DNA from: Trichosphaerium sp. ATCC 40318
Lineage: Eukaryota; Protista; Tubulinea
DNA: 64,000 nucleotides
Assembly: GCA_038496445.1 (NCBI GenBank)
Contig: JALMLS010000596.1
Coordinates: 186,001-250,000, forward strand
Reading direction: 5' to 3'
Shown here: piece by piece, positions 13,783 to 27,459 of the stretch
How the letters are laid out: the number at the start of each line of letters is the position of its first letter
Position numbering within the stretch: the first letter of the stretch is position 1
The notes under the pieces: model-generated
What the model was told of the DNA's origin: nothing
Databases searched by the model: none
The model's input: the letters and a program-made list of their open reading frames with translations, nothing else
Program-made: the position numbers and the translations under genes

Positions 13783-15964
13783 TCAAACAAGGTGAATTCT
13801 AGGCATTTTCCATGGCATTTGAGATTTACAATACAATATAGTATTTGGTGGTATTAGCTTAGCCCACTTTATCTTACCCCATGATGTTGACACATAAAAC
13901 GTTGATAATAGTACCTTCGTACTTGCACAGAAAATCGATACTTTTTTGTCAGTGGAGAAAGTAACCAACATGTTATTATCAAAATCAAGATGTAGGAAAG
14001 AAAATGTGGTATCCATAGTTTTGTACTTTGTTACCACACGGTGACTGCTATAATCCATTTTCCATACAATTCTTCGCTTTTTAATACTATAAACAACAGC
14101 AGTAGCCATGTGCTTCTGTAGTGATTTAATTTGATACAACAAATACCCTGAACAAAGCTGTTAGACGCACCAAAAAAAAAAAAAGAAGGATGTAGTTTAA
14201 CAGTCACTTTTTCAAGTGGGTGAATCACACTTCACTTGAATCAAGGCTTTCAATAAAAGATAATATGTCATAAGAAATAAATGTTTTGGTTCAGAGTGAG
14301 TCAGAGACGGTAGTCAAAGATGGTTGCTTGGAGAATTGGCTTTGGGAAAAAAAACAGGTTTTGAAAGTACCTCTTTCAGGGTAGTACTGCATAGCATGCC
14401 CTTGTCCTGCAGAATGACCGAGGTGTATTGTTTCTTTTGTATCCAATATCATAATGAACGTTTGTTTCAATGCTCTAATAAACAAGAAGGGACCGATATC
14501 AGATGAATTAAACAACTTTACAGTTTCTAACTTTCTTTCATAAGTATACAAACATCTTTCTCTAGCTTCCTACAAAATGTAACTTGTTAGTACACCACTT
14601 GACAGAAGTGACACTTAAACGTAGTTTTATTGAAAAAGCTCTTGTCGAAGAAAACCAAATGTCCTGAGAGCTTACCTTTGAATCTTGATCATAATATACT
14701 TTTAATAGTTTGTTCCCAATACGAACAATAGCACCACTCTCTATACAACCAACAAGTTCAAATGAGTTCTTTTGTCTCCAAGAGTAACGCTCTTGTTTAG
14801 TATCTATAATACAAGTAGCCTCTCTAGGAGCACTAATTCAAACATAAGCACTTGAACAAAAAAAAAACCATTGCATACTCTGAAGATTTTGCTCCCTTCA
14901 ATGAGAAGTATTGAATCTCAGGCTTCACAGTAATCTATTTTAAACGTTAATCCAACGCAAAAAGAGGATGGTTTTTCAGGAGTAGTTAACATACAACAGC
15001 CAAGTGATCCTCGTTAGCAATGTAATCAACTGTCTGGCGAACTGTTGTATCCTTTAGAATTACAGTACATAAACGTGTCATCTTCTTGCGCTTTGTTTTA
15101 CCACCCCACTGATTCACGATCAGTGTATTTTCACCACCTTTTTGAAGGAACACTAAGTTTTTACCTAAAACAGAAAGTGACCTTTTGATCATCAAAGGCA
15201 CGTGATAGTGTTGTCAAAAAAAAAAAACTTACAATCAAACTGTGCTGATAACATTAAACGTGTTTTGGGTATGCTTGTCATTTGTTGTGTTGTTTCCTTC
15301 ACAGAACGCTGATTAAACTTATACAAGTCAAATTCGCCCTTCTCATTATGACAAAACCCAAGATTAGGTGGCAACATGAACGTCTCATGAAGTTTTGTTG
15401 ACACTTTTCTTGAAACTAACGTAACACCACCTCGATATCCTGCTTTCATGAGTTCTTTTGAAGACTCAAACCGCCTAAATAACTTATAAGTTCATCCATC
15501 AAACAAGGTTTAAACATTTTCATTAGTCAGATACTAATATCAAGCTTGGTTTTGTTGACAACCACCTCTGCAGGCACGTGCACAAATAATTAAACAAAAG
15601 AACACAAAGGCTTGTTGCCAACATACTTGCGCCAGAACCTGCATTTCCAATCTCCACTGTACTATTTGAGATATTAATTCTTCGTTAGGTTGTTAAAAAC
15701 GCGTTTAAAAGGATAACCTTAGCTTTCCAAGAGTCATATGGAGCACATGAACCTGTTGCGCTGCTTTTTAAGCTTTTCCAGTGAAAATCATCTTGCATTT
15801 CGTTAAACAATTGTTTTGACACCCGTCTGGTAACGTTATGGCGTAACAACAATTATTTTATCGTACTCAAGGGAGAAAAGAGCGTTTGGTGTTAAATAAC
15901 GCGTTATCATGCACAAACACTCTGTTGGAAGAACTAAAAGCATAGCCGGTGACTTTTCGCTCAT
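13783..15964 (-). CDS. F-box protein with divergent beta-propeller (WD40-like) C-terminus
   Basis: N-terminal LLVLPTECLCMITRYLTPNALFSL..RVSKQL...W is an F-box. C-terminal LDFDNNMLVTFSTDKKVSIF is WD-like. Confidence 0.7.
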
Positions 15965-16351
15965 TGGGCTATGTGCTTTTTAGCGTTTTGTTTTCTTAAA
16001 ATAGGTTTTCAAAAAGACACTGACTTAACGGAAACACGAAAAGTGCTGAATTTCAGAGCGTTTGCAAATCAATAAGTCATTTATAATTGTATTGCAGTAC
16101 ATACAGTTTATGCCTCCTGTTCGTTTTACGAACTAGTGATTCATAGTCAAATCAAATTCTGCCGATTTCTCGTTTTCCAATTACGTGAATTATTTGACAC
16201 GTGTCAAAATTGAATGCCCAACTCAGTGAGCAATGAGGTGAGTTGTTTTTCAATATAGTGTACATTGGCATTTAATTTACTAAGATAACAACCTTACGCG
16301 CTCATAATTAAACAAAAATTTGACAGTGAGGGACATAAAGGGACAGTGTTA

Positions 16352-17730
16352 TCAAGTAGAACTTTTTACATTAAAAATTTTAGCCCAAGAAACAGCATTT
16401 CTCGCTTGTTCCAACAAAAAAAAGAAAGAGGCTGAGCTCAGCGCCAATCGCCATAGAGAAGGTCCCATACCTTTATACAATCCAAGAAATCCTTCATTCC
16501 TATAAGAACTACATAAGAAAAAAGAATGAAAACAAAAAACAAAAAATCTCGCTCCAAAAAAAGAAGTGATTTGGTTTTTTTTTATGGCTAAATCACGTGC
16601 CTGCATATAGTCATTGCTGCATTAAACAGCCCAGAGTATCTTTGCGGCTCAAACGCACGTTGATCATGTAAACGTGAACGAATAACGTAAAATGGGTGTG
16701 TTAGGAGTACAGCTACTATACGGCTCATGCCTCCAAACGCTAAAGCTTTTGTAGACTTATCAAGCCACCGTACGACCTACAAGGAACCCTTAGATTTGAT
16801 TTCCAAAAAAGAATATACAATAAATAACATACCTCGCTATCCTCATCTATTAACGGAGCACAACGTGCCATTAGTGTCTCATAGAATCCAAACTGGATGC
16901 CTCCTTGTAAAGAAGCGAAAAGAGCGGGTGCCATGCCTTTATAGAATGCTGTTATGCCCTAGGAAGCATTATATCAACAACAATATTAAATTCAAGAAAT
17001 CCCGAACCTCTTCGCGTAGAATTCGCGAAATCGCGTCTAGATTAATCAATTAGATACCACTATTACTGTACAATGAACTAAGCATACCTATTGCTCCTTT
17101 ATAAGGTACTCGTTTAACCAAATTATCAGTAGAAACTGAGTTTTTCGCTTTTTGTTGTAACTGCAATCTTGTTTTAATTACCCTGTATTTCAATATAAGT
17201 GTCAAATGACATTTGCATGAATGATCTCCTTTAACGTACCAAATAGGGTTTGTTAACATTGCAACGCTAACACCGCTTATAATGCCAGAGACGAAAAAGT
17301 GCTGAAACTGTAAAGAACCATAACGTGCTTCCATCTGTGATTTAGCAATGCTGTAACTATTTTACAGTTACGGCTAGGCGTAATAGGGCGCTGTCAGGAA
17401 TTTTTACGCACCAATACATGTACATGCCCCAAGATACAGTTGAACCAAACAACGCTATCGGCAACCCTTGGTATAGGCCTCTAAACGTTTCAATACGCAC
17501 TATGCTGCTAATGGCAGTAAAAGTCGATCTATATTTCGGTATAGGGTTTCCCTTTGTGTTGCCATCATGTACTAGTATTGTGTCAACGAAATGTATTACT
17601 CCACTAACAAATGACCTTGGAAGCGCGTCTTTATCAAATCCAGAGGATAGGTGAGCGTCAGATTGGTTGAAGCTGCCATACAGCCAGCTAAAGCTTGACC
17701 AGTCGCAGTGAGTTCCAGTACGTCTGTCAT
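16352..17730 (-). CDS. Mitochondrial carrier, folate/FAD transporter (SLC25A32-like)
   Basis: Three carrier signatures (YPLDLIKTRFQ, NPIWVIKTRLQLQ, HPFYVIRSRL), plus GLYQGL..ALFGSTVSWGMY and GGIQFGFYE. Confidence 0.88.
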
Positions 17731-18078
17731 TTACAACAGCTGTTCATTTCAAGGCTTATTGGTTATTTTACGCTTCAACGTTCGCTCTTGGAGCCAAATA
17801 AACTTAAAATAAAATGTTAGACTAAATCCAAATAAAATCAACCTTCAAACGTGCCAATACCAGTAAAAAACATGTTTATAACCATTTGGTATCATAACGA
17901 CGCACGTGGATCGAGCTTTACGGTTTTAGAAATTTTTTTCAGTACGTCGCTGTAAAACATTGATAGTAATTACCAAATATCCATACTGGCGGCTTTTTAC
18001 CGTTGTTTTGTGTTAAATTGCGTTGACTAAAAAAGGGTGTTTGAAGTATTCTGACTCGAACAGAAGTCTTGCAGCGCG

Positions 18079-20008
18079 ATGACAAGTGGACAGAACATCG
18101 TTATTTTACTTCTGTGTTTGGTTCTCGCACTAGTGAGCTCGCACAATGAGGGAAACAGAGTATTGGTACTCCTTGACGACCTCTCTCAACAGCATTCGTA
18201 CTCTATCTTCTTCAACTCACTAAAAGGTACCGCAACTCGCTATTTGATAGCGTCCCACACTATAGAATGCCCTCAAACAATCAATTTGTAGAACGCAACT
18301 ACGCACTCTCTTTTTTTAAAGCAGATGATGCTTCCCTTGCACTAACAGAATACGGGGAGTACTTATACGATCACCTTATTATTTTTTCACCAACAGTTGA
18401 AGGTACCACGTCACAAAATGTTTTTTTATTGCTTGGTTTGTAACCGTAGCGCAGAATTTGGTGGATTAATCGATGTACCATCTATTCTTGACTTTATCGA
18501 TGACGGCCACAACGTTCTTGTTGCCGCAAGCAGTGAAGTCTCTGACTCAGTAAGAGAAGTAGCAAGCGAATGCGGTGTTGATTTTGATGAGGAAGGAAGC
18601 TTCGTCACTGACCACCTCAACTATGATGAAAATGACCCACTTCAAACCCACAACGTACGTAGAGAATGACGTGGCACAAAAACAAAGTTTTTTTGTTTTT
18701 CGAAAGCAAATTTTTTTTCAAAAACAATTTGACGTAATAAAACCTATATTACAAGCCTCTATACGCTTAAATAAAGGCGCACGTTTGACCGAAATGTTAC
18801 CAGGTGATTGTTGTTGACCCAAAATCTTTGGACAAACTCAATGACGTTATTGTATCTACCAAAGCAATCAAGAAGCCAATTGCTTGGTCTGGTATTGGCG
18901 CTGACGCCGAAGGTACGTCACAAAACGAAATAAAAAAAAAATTAAATTAAATCGTTGACTTTTTACGACTAATGTATTCACGACACTCAACCACGTTTTA
19001 GGTTCTCTTACTTTCCCTCTATTGAATGGCGCTGAAACATGCTACTCTGCTGTACCTAACAAGGCCATTTCTGGTGAACCTCACACCATTGGCACAAACA
19101 CTGTTCTCGTTTCTGCTCTACAAGCTCGTAATAATGCGCGTGTTATTGTATCAGGAAGTGTTTCATTGTTTTCTGATAAATATTTCAACCAAAAGGTTAA
19201 GAAGTATGGTGGCGTTGAAACGTACGTTCAAGTGTTTACACGTATTTTTGGATTTTTTTTGCGGTTCTTTTTCAACTCTCTTTGCGTTGACGCGCTTTGG
19301 TTTCGACGAAGCGTTGCTGTTTGCTTTTTTTTTCATACTGATTTTTGGTGTTTTAGCGAAACTGCCAACAAGGAGTTCTGTGTTGAGCTTTCCAAGTGGG
19401 TATTTAAAGAGAAAGGTGTCCTTAAGGCTGGTAACTTGACACACAAATTGGTTGGAGATGATGCTCGTGAGTACCGTATCAAAGACGAGATTGTATGTTA
19501 ACATTTTTTCTCTTTTTTTTAATTTATTTTCACTGTCGCTAAAAAGTTTTGTAGAGCTTCAGCATTGAAGTACAAGAGTACAAGAAGGGTTCTTTCGTTC
19601 CATTCGTTCTCAAAGACACCATTCAAGTTGAGTTCACTATGATTGATCCTTACGTAAGAAGCACCCTTGATGTAAACAAAAAGGGCCGTTACTCCACCCA
19701 ATTCAAAATCCCAGATGTATACGGTGTCTTCACCTTCCGTGTTGAGTACAGTGCTCGCGGTTACACTGGTTTCACATTAGAAGAGCGTGTTCCAGTTAGA
19801 CCATACAGACACGACGAATTCGAAAGATTCATCCCTGCTGCGTATCCTCCAAGACGACTTTTTTTTTTCTTTTCTTGTTTCTTATTTTATTCTTATTACA
19901 TTTTGTGTTGTTCCTTGACTTTTTATAAGATTCCCTTACTACGCTAGTGCATTCTCTATGCTCGCTGGATTATTTGTATTCTCTGTAGTATGGCTCTACG
20001 GCGCTTAA
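18079..20008 (+). CDS. DDOST: Oligosaccharyltransferase 48-kDa subunit (OST48/WBP1)
   Basis: Signal peptide, [79 protein letters not shown] and a C-terminal TM segment. Confidence 0.97.
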
Positions 20009-20452
20009 ATGAACAAATTTTAAAGCAAGGTCCTTGTATTTTACGGCATTTTCCTTTTTTTTTGTTTGGGAATATTGCTTTTGGGGATGTTGCAATTTGA
20101 AAAAATACAAAAAATCAATTTGAAAAAAGTGTGTAGTGGCCCATGCAAATAAATATAAAAGCTGCAAAAAAAAGTGTCAATTTTTGCCAATAACACGTGT
20201 TTAAACTCAAAATGAGAAAACAAGTGCACACGTGTCAAAATTGCGAACGTAGCATTGGCTCTATTTTTGCATTAACTCAACAAGTGTGCTGGCTTGCCTT
20301 GGTGCCGTAAAGATTGAGTTTTTTTGCAAGTACAGGTCCTTATTTAACAATCAAATCAAGCTACGAGAAATGTGAAAGTATTTTGAAGCTCGATCCTTCT
20401 GGTTGCGTAACGGTACAATGTGGAAAGGGCGAATTCAAGGTTTATTTACTGA

Positions 20453-21033
20453 TTAACAAGTATGTGTTACATCAATGCCATCAATGAACCAGCGAGCATT
20501 GCAACCACCTACTCAGAATTTAGATTTACATCGAAACAAAAAATAACAAAGGTACATACCGCAAAGATCAGAGATGCAGCACGCTTTAGCATTTCTACAT
20601 GTAGCATGTTCACAAGGATCAACGAAGCAGTGAGCGATGCCATTGTTACAAGGACAAGTGCAGTCCACTGGATGACCGTCAATTTGGTAGTTGAATGTGC
20701 CTACCAAAGAGTTAGATTGATTTAGTGTCTGATTGCTTTTTGAGCGATTAGGGCAATAAAGGGCGTACAAGGTGTGTCTACACAATATCTATCACAGCAC
20801 TGGGCTTGTGGGTATCTTTGGCAAGCTTCGGCGAAAGTACATGGCTGAATAAAGCAAGGTGTTGTTGGAGTGCAGTCACGTGTTACACATTTTCCTGCTG
20901 GGCATCTCCTTGGTTGGGCAGTGGCGCCTATTGAAGATATATAAGCCAAGCCTTTCCTGTAGATAATTTAAATTATCAGAAGCGTACTAAGGGCCAAAAG
21001 AACAAAGATTGTAATAGAGAGGAGAAGCTGCAT
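20453..21033 (-). CDS. Small secreted Cys-rich protein with two CFxxPC...C..xC modules
   Basis: Signal peptide MQLLLSITIFVLLAL. Modules PCFIQPCTFAEACQRYPQAQCCDRYC and HCFVDPCEHATCRNAKACCISDLCGGCNARWF. Confidence 0.75.
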
Positions 21034-21518
21034 CGAATAGGGAACGGGTTGAATATGGACTTATTTTTCTTAACATAAACCAAGGTTTAGTAGTTCACTC
21101 ATTTGTTGAAAAAAAATGCACAATGCATTTTTTTAAAGGTTTTAACTTTCGCTCGGAATATTAGAAGATCACCGTTATTGTACCTCAAACACTATGGTAG
21201 GCAGAAACTTGAAATAAAAGAAAGTTAAGATAACTTAAAAAGAGTCATTGTCTTTTTGTTTGGGCAAGTTACGTTTTCAAGTCACGTGATTATTGATTAA
21301 TTGTTTATTTTCTTTTTGTTGCGGGTGAATTGTTACTGTATTAATCCGCCGCAGCTTTGTTTCACAAAAAGCAAGACAAAGGGAACAGATGTTAAACCAG
21401 GGCTAATGTTTGTTGAGTTGACAATTTGTTGCGAAGTATTATTGCTTCCAAAACTATCCAGTACGTTGGTGAAGTGTAGCTCTCTCTAGAAAAGTTCACA
21501 AATAGGAAAGAAATACAA

Positions 21519-22170
21519 TCACTCAAACTTTATTCGACAAGACAACTCACGTACGCCAGCCAATGCCTTGACACCCTCATCTGATATTCCTTTACAACTG
21601 TACAAGTTGATTTTATAGGCATCTGCTAGTAACTTGATGCTCTCAGCTGTTACATTGGTAGAAGAAATCAATTGTATGTACACCAGCTAATGCCTTGACA
21701 CCTTCATCTGTTATTTCTCTACAAGACGATAAATTAATATCATGAACACCAGCAACTGCTTTAATTGCATCATCTGTTACAGAATAGCAGGCAAAAAATC
21801 AATTGTGTACGCCAGCTAGTGCCTTGACACCTGATATACTGCAACATGTCAGTTTGATAGTATGAACGCCAGCCAATGCTTTGATCCTTTCATTTGTTAT
21901 TTCAGTATTATACCATTTCAAGCTATTACAATTTGTTACCAAGCGTTGTTTAACACCTATTGTAGCGTTCAGAGAAATACGACTTTTTGCGACATTTTAA
22001 CAGTGAATGATGGTTGGAACAGCTCTCCAAACAGGTTATAACACTTCAAATTAAGTATTGTGTACATATGACAATAAAACATTGTCTATGTCGGACTAAA
22101 GTAAGCGTAATGCTGCTAGTTTAGTAATTAGTGGTACAAGAACAGTTCCCACTATGTCGATATTAATGAA
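21519..22170 (-). pseudogene. Decayed intronless cysteine-containing LRR (FBXL/AMN1-type) gene
   Basis: Repeats VTDDAIKAVAGVHDINLSSCREITDEGVKALAGVH and KINLYSCKGISDEGVKALAG are interrupted by frameshifts (e.g. near 21665). Confidence 0.75.
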
Positions 22171-24400
22171 TGTAAACAAGTCTCAATATTGAAATAACGT
22201 ATATTGTGTTTGTCAGCCATACACAGCATTTTAAAATGGTTCCTAAGTGAACCTGTAAACTCTATAATACTGGTGGGCTGTTGGCTATCACGGACGTAGC
22301 TTTACATAGCACGTGAATAGTGTAGGCTAGGTTAAATTTGATTTTGTATGATACCAAATTAAGAAACTCGCGTAGACAAATAAAAGGAGAAAATAACGAG
22401 AATTGTTGGCTACTAACATTTTAAGCAGCTTTCCTCATCTTTGGGTTCTCCGTTTGTTTAAATTTTTCAAGTTGCTCTTTCAGCGCCTTGTTTTCTGTAC
22501 TCGAAATAATATTTGCTTAGGTACGTACGCATTCTTTTCGTTTCTGCGATATGTCGTCTGCGAGCTATCATTTCTAAATAAATATGATTATTTTCGTTCG
22601 CAACTTGTTACAACGAGTACCTTCTTTGTGGTGTCTTATCACGTGGTTGTGGATTATTTACTTGGCTGCCCAAAGTTAAACAAAAGTTGCTACAAATTTT
22701 GACGTAGCAATAACGAGCAGGTTCATCATGTGCTCCCAACGTGTGTTTTCTACAGCACAAGTAAGGGTAGTAGACGCAATCAAACGTATAGAGTGTTATT
22801 CATTCTTGATTGGTTGCCCACACGCGAGGTTTAGCGCCTAAACAAAGCTAGTTAGCTTTACCTGACAATCGTTCAATCGAAAGTTGCCGGCTAGGAGTCA
22901 AGTAGTAAGCGTGGATCTGGTACCCCACTGACGGTTTTGAGGATGCTTGCAGGGATGGTTCCTAAATATCATAAGTACTTTTACACATCTTTTTGAAAAA
23001 GTTTAGCGAAACATCTTCTACTTTCGCTAAAAATTAAAGTCAACTTTAATAATCATATTCGCTCGTTTCACCTTGTTCGTTGAACTATTTACAGTGTAAC
23101 TACTCTTGTACAACATTCTTGTTGGATTATTCTACAAATACGAGACGATTATTGGCTATTGTATCCATCACGAATAAAGTTCAAGATGTATTGGAGATTT
23201 AGGAATGTAAGAATAGCTTACATCTTTCCTCAACAGTTTACTATTACGCAAGTTATGTAGTTCAGACATTGCTTCTTGCTTCTACCGGCAATGGTATAAG
23301 TGCTATAATAAATTCAGGAAACTTGTGCATCAACGGTTTTTTTCCAAAAATAATTTATATGATAAAAAAGAGAGCCAATAGTCCGATCTTATTGGCATAT
23401 TCCATTATTCAAACCAAAAGTGCGTGATGTCTAGTTTTGCTTCATTGTCCTGCGCAGTGGCTATTGAAGTTATTGTTACAAGTGACTTACAATACGAAAT
23501 TGTTAATCCCTTTTTATTCTATGATTGCATCGTATTTCGGATTATCACCCACCATCCCGACTAAATTACCAAATACGATTATTTCATAAAGTGCTATTGA
23601 TGTAGAGTGCATATTGTATAGTTAATTGTAGCTTTTTCATATAGACGCCTGAAAATAAACTGACTTAATCTGAATTGTCTGTTTTTTGATACTTGCAATA
23701 ATACTGTAGGAAAACAAAAAAGGAGCGAACAAACAATCACAAAGACATCGAAGATAAAGTAAGATTCTTTCGCCTCACAAGAAATAGCACTTCTTTAGAG
23801 TGAGATATAAGCTCGTCTTCAGCTTACAAAAAACGGTAGGTGTTGATGCATTGCAAGACAAGTTAACAACGGAGAATATGTCTGCGAATCTGAAACAACA
23901 AAAACTACTGCATTGTACAAGCAATGATGAGGCAAATGCGCTGGATTGAGATTTTCACGTGCCTATCTTTAGGCCGTGGTTAGAATATCAGCTTTGGTCC
24001 TCTACTTCAAGGTTACCTTTACAGTAGCTCCTGTTGAAGTACCAAATTTTGTAAAAAAGGCGATACTATTTATTCGCTGACATACAAGGGTGCCTAATTT
24101 GTCTTCTAGTAAGTACATTCAACTCATGAGGTGGCAACAAGGTCCACGTGACTATCTTTTTAATAGGAAAATTTAGTTTGCAATGTACTCAGTCATGATA
24201 CCGAAGGATTGTAACTATCACATTGCCCTTTATGTACAAGGAGAAAACCAACAAGATTAGAGGAAAACATAAATATTTAGTTACTTTGTTCAAGTTCTGG
24301 AAGTAAAACGACAAATTTATAACATCAAACTTTATTGTAGTTTGCAACAATTGGTATGAGCGCCAATGCCACGGCCTACAGCTATACCAATGTATATCGC

Positions 24401-24800
24401 TTATTCGCATTCATAGCGGGTAGCTCTAGGAACGCCACCTAACCACATGGTACCATCGTAGTTATTACATCTTCCGGCGCTAGGTGTTCGCTTATTGCAT
24501 CGTCTACCACAGTTTTTCTTGCCTTGTATGCTGTAGTACTAAGCTTTGAATTGAGTGGAAAGTTGAAAGTGTATGGGATGAACAACTACGTACGTAAGCG
24601 TAATTGTCTTTAGGGCAAGATCCCCAAAGGTCAGCGCAATAAGTTCCCGAACCTCCGTTAGTTTTTTCATACAATTTTGAGCACCATTTGGCTATGCACG
24701 CTTCCGCCTCTTCGTCATTTCCTGATACTGGACATGCGAACATGAAAACTACAAAAATAATAGCCAGGGATAGCGTAGGTATTAAAGAAAAGTTGCTCAT
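24401..24800 (-). CDS. Small secreted disulfide-rich peptide (8 Cys in mature part), two exons
   Basis: MSNFSLIPTLSLAIIFVVFMFACPVSG-NDEEAEACIAKWCSKLYEKTNGGSGTYCADLWGSCPKDNYAY, a GTACGT..TAG intron, then YYSIQGKKNCGRRCNKRTPSAGRCNNYDGTMWLGGVPRATRYECE*. Confidence 0.8.
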
Positions 24801-25499
24801 TGTGGGATTAATCCTTATTTTTAGACATGAACAAATGGTGTGAGTTTTTATCAAATTTATTCTCAGAGTAGTTTGTCCTATAAATCCCCTATTTCACATA
24901 ACTTCAACAACTTGAATGAAACCATTGTTTAGCTTCCAACATACCATGGTTAATAATGAACGCCAAAACAAGGGTTCAAAACAAGGGTTCAGTTAATACA
25001 TAACACGAGACTACATGGAGCGGTGGAAATTTTGCAAAGTAGTCTATTACTCCAGGATAGAGATTTATCCAGTTTTTGTGCAATTGAGTGTGTCCGATGA
25101 ATCTCGCTATCACGTAACTACACGATGAACGCGAGAAATACCCGCCGTCTTAGAGCAGTCTTTTTCAATAAACACAAATGCTGGCTTACATACAGGTGTT
25201 TCTTGAGCCTCGTGTAACTTAGTGAAAATTGTGAGCTCGAAAAAATACTGTATCACGTGGCCGAAGGTGTTATTTAAAAAGCTGAAAGTTACGTTTGGTA
25301 TTAATAGTAGTAATTTCACTATGATAGGCTTGCAATTTAAAGCAAAGTATTGGCAATATCTCTACTATTCTACTAAAATTACTGTTCAACGTTTCAATAG
25401 ATAACAACGCTGATAATGTCATTATCAGAGCACTGATAGGTCTCTTATGTGTACTTACAGTTGATTACTGCAATGAAGACGTCCAAATTTTTAGCCAAA

Positions 25500-26467
25500 G
25501 ACTTTGAAATTGAGTACCCGCTGAACTTTTTACGGGAAGAAACTGCATCATAACTAGCCATTTGAGAAGGATTTCAAGACCCCCTTGTAGTAAGAGTTAG
25601 CATACAGGTAACAGAAAAACAACATTACCAGTGTGAAAATAAACGAGGCCATCATCCTTTAATGTATTCCAGTTGTCACATATAGCACGCCATACCTTAG
25701 TAGATATATCAAGTCTATTTCTAACTCTTGTGTATACTATATCATAAATCTCCTTCAAGTATTTATGAGGCTTTGAAGCTTCTTCTCTCTCAAAGTGTTC
25801 AAAGTGGCTGGGAAATCATTGCCTATTATGCATTAACACAAACGTCTTGCTTGTGAATAACGTACCAAGTACAGACATCTGCTCTGTTAGGTAATCTTCT
25901 GTACCCAAAGTTGGTACGGTGTATACTTCGATATCATTGATGTGCTTGTGTAAATAGTACGCTGCAGCAGCAGCAGCTTTGACCTATGAGTTGTTATTTT
26001 CTACTTAGTGCGCACCAGACGGTAGAACAACGTTAAATTTGCCATTTGATTCGTGCATGTCAATAAACTCTAGAAACTCTTTCGCAAGAGCGAAACGCTT
26101 GCAATAAAACTAAGAAAAAAACGTAGTACGAGCATACGAGAAAAGTTCAATAATTATTTTCTCACATTTTTCTGCTTCGCGTGAACATCCCCACGTGGTA
26201 TCCATAAATCATCTGTTACTTGCTCATGGTTGCACTGGCACGCGTTCTCTGGCTGTGCATTACGGCACTATGTTGTCTTCGAGATAGTTGAAATATCGAT
26301 AATGCGTGTTCATAATATTATTTGAATGCCTGGTTTGTTCTATTATGCAAGGTACGTCACAAACTCTATTTTAAACTTTGCAGAAGCTGCTGAAAGGTAG
26401 TCGAATTTCTCGTCTTTTTAATTTTGTGCTTCATAAGCTGCTTGTATCTGCCAAATCGCTATGCTGG
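25500..26467 (-). pseudogene. Decayed intron-containing gene (helical/TPR-like fragments) interrupted by TIR element copy 1
   Basis: Coding-like fragments (VKAAAAAAYYLHKHINDIEVY, RFALAKEFLEFIDMHESNGKF) with splice sites and in-frame stops. Confidence 0.35.
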
Positions 26468-26469
26468 TA

Positions 26470-27213
26470 TTGTCTGTTTCATTCAAGTTTTACTAATATT
26501 TTCTAGAAAGTGAATTTTTAGCACTTTTAGCAGATCTAGCAAGATCTGACACTTCTATCAAATGGTGTAGATCTATGACAATGTGAACTATTTGTGTTAC
26601 AACGTCCTTCATTGTATGACTTAGGTACCTTACGGTAAGTGATAGCAAAATTTTTAATGTAAGTTTCAACATCCCATGGGATGATCGCAGCATTTTACCT
26701 ACGCAAACTATACACAGTACGATCAAACCACAGAAGTCTAAAAGCGAATTAAAAAGGTATGATGTCCTACAAAGCTATCGCATTACCGCCAAACACGGTA
26801 TGAATGCCTCAAACACTGTTTGCTGTATGTTTTGCTTCAAAAAATCAACGTATGTGTATAACTTACTAGCGCCTACCCCACGCTAACAGAAGCGCTATGG
26901 TAGCATCCAAGCAGCAATGAAGGTGTAACAACGTCAAAACCGCCCCAAAACACCACCAACGTTGCTATAGGCTTTGTAAACGCCGCTAGGCATCAAATAT
27001 GTAAATAAAAAAGTTTGCTCTGGGGTTTGTTAAATCACGTGGGTTTGAAACGTTTGGATTCACTGGACAGGCTTGAGGGTAGATCACATTTAAAAAATGA
27101 CAATTTGCAAGATCTGTCAGAAGTGTCAAATCCGTCAGATCTGACAGATCGGGCAGAAACTGGGTTTTTTTGCTAAAGGTCAGTCTGTCTGAAAACTTGA
27201 ATGAAACAGACAA
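26470..27213. mobile_element. Non-autonomous TIR DNA transposon (MITE-like, 744 bp), TA target-site duplication; copy 1
   Basis: Left end TA|TTGTCTGTTTCATTCAAGTTTT and right end AAAACTTGAATGAAACAGACAA|TA (22-bp perfect TIR). Subterminal AGATCT and TGACACTTCT motifs occur at both ends. No transposase ORF. Confidence 0.9.
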
Positions 27214-27459
27214 TAGTAAACAAACTGTTTATTCGAGTGGCTAAATATTATGATTATTCAATTTTTCTGCTAGTACACCAGAAAGCAAATGGACTTATAC
27301 GCATGAGCATAATATGAAAAAAAAGGAGATAATATTTACTAACTTTTACTAGAAATATGAACACTCAGTTAGTTTGGTATCTATTATTACCAGCGTAAAA
27401 TCCAACATACATTGGATAAATAAGAACAAAGAAGAATAGAGTACTGCTTTGTTCTCATT

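Noticed and set aside
20060-20096. Match between the 42889 hairpin arm and the OST48 3' UTR (GGGATGTTGCA) as a miRNA target
   Set aside because: An 11-nt match to some part of a 32-nt arm is expected by chance in a window this size.
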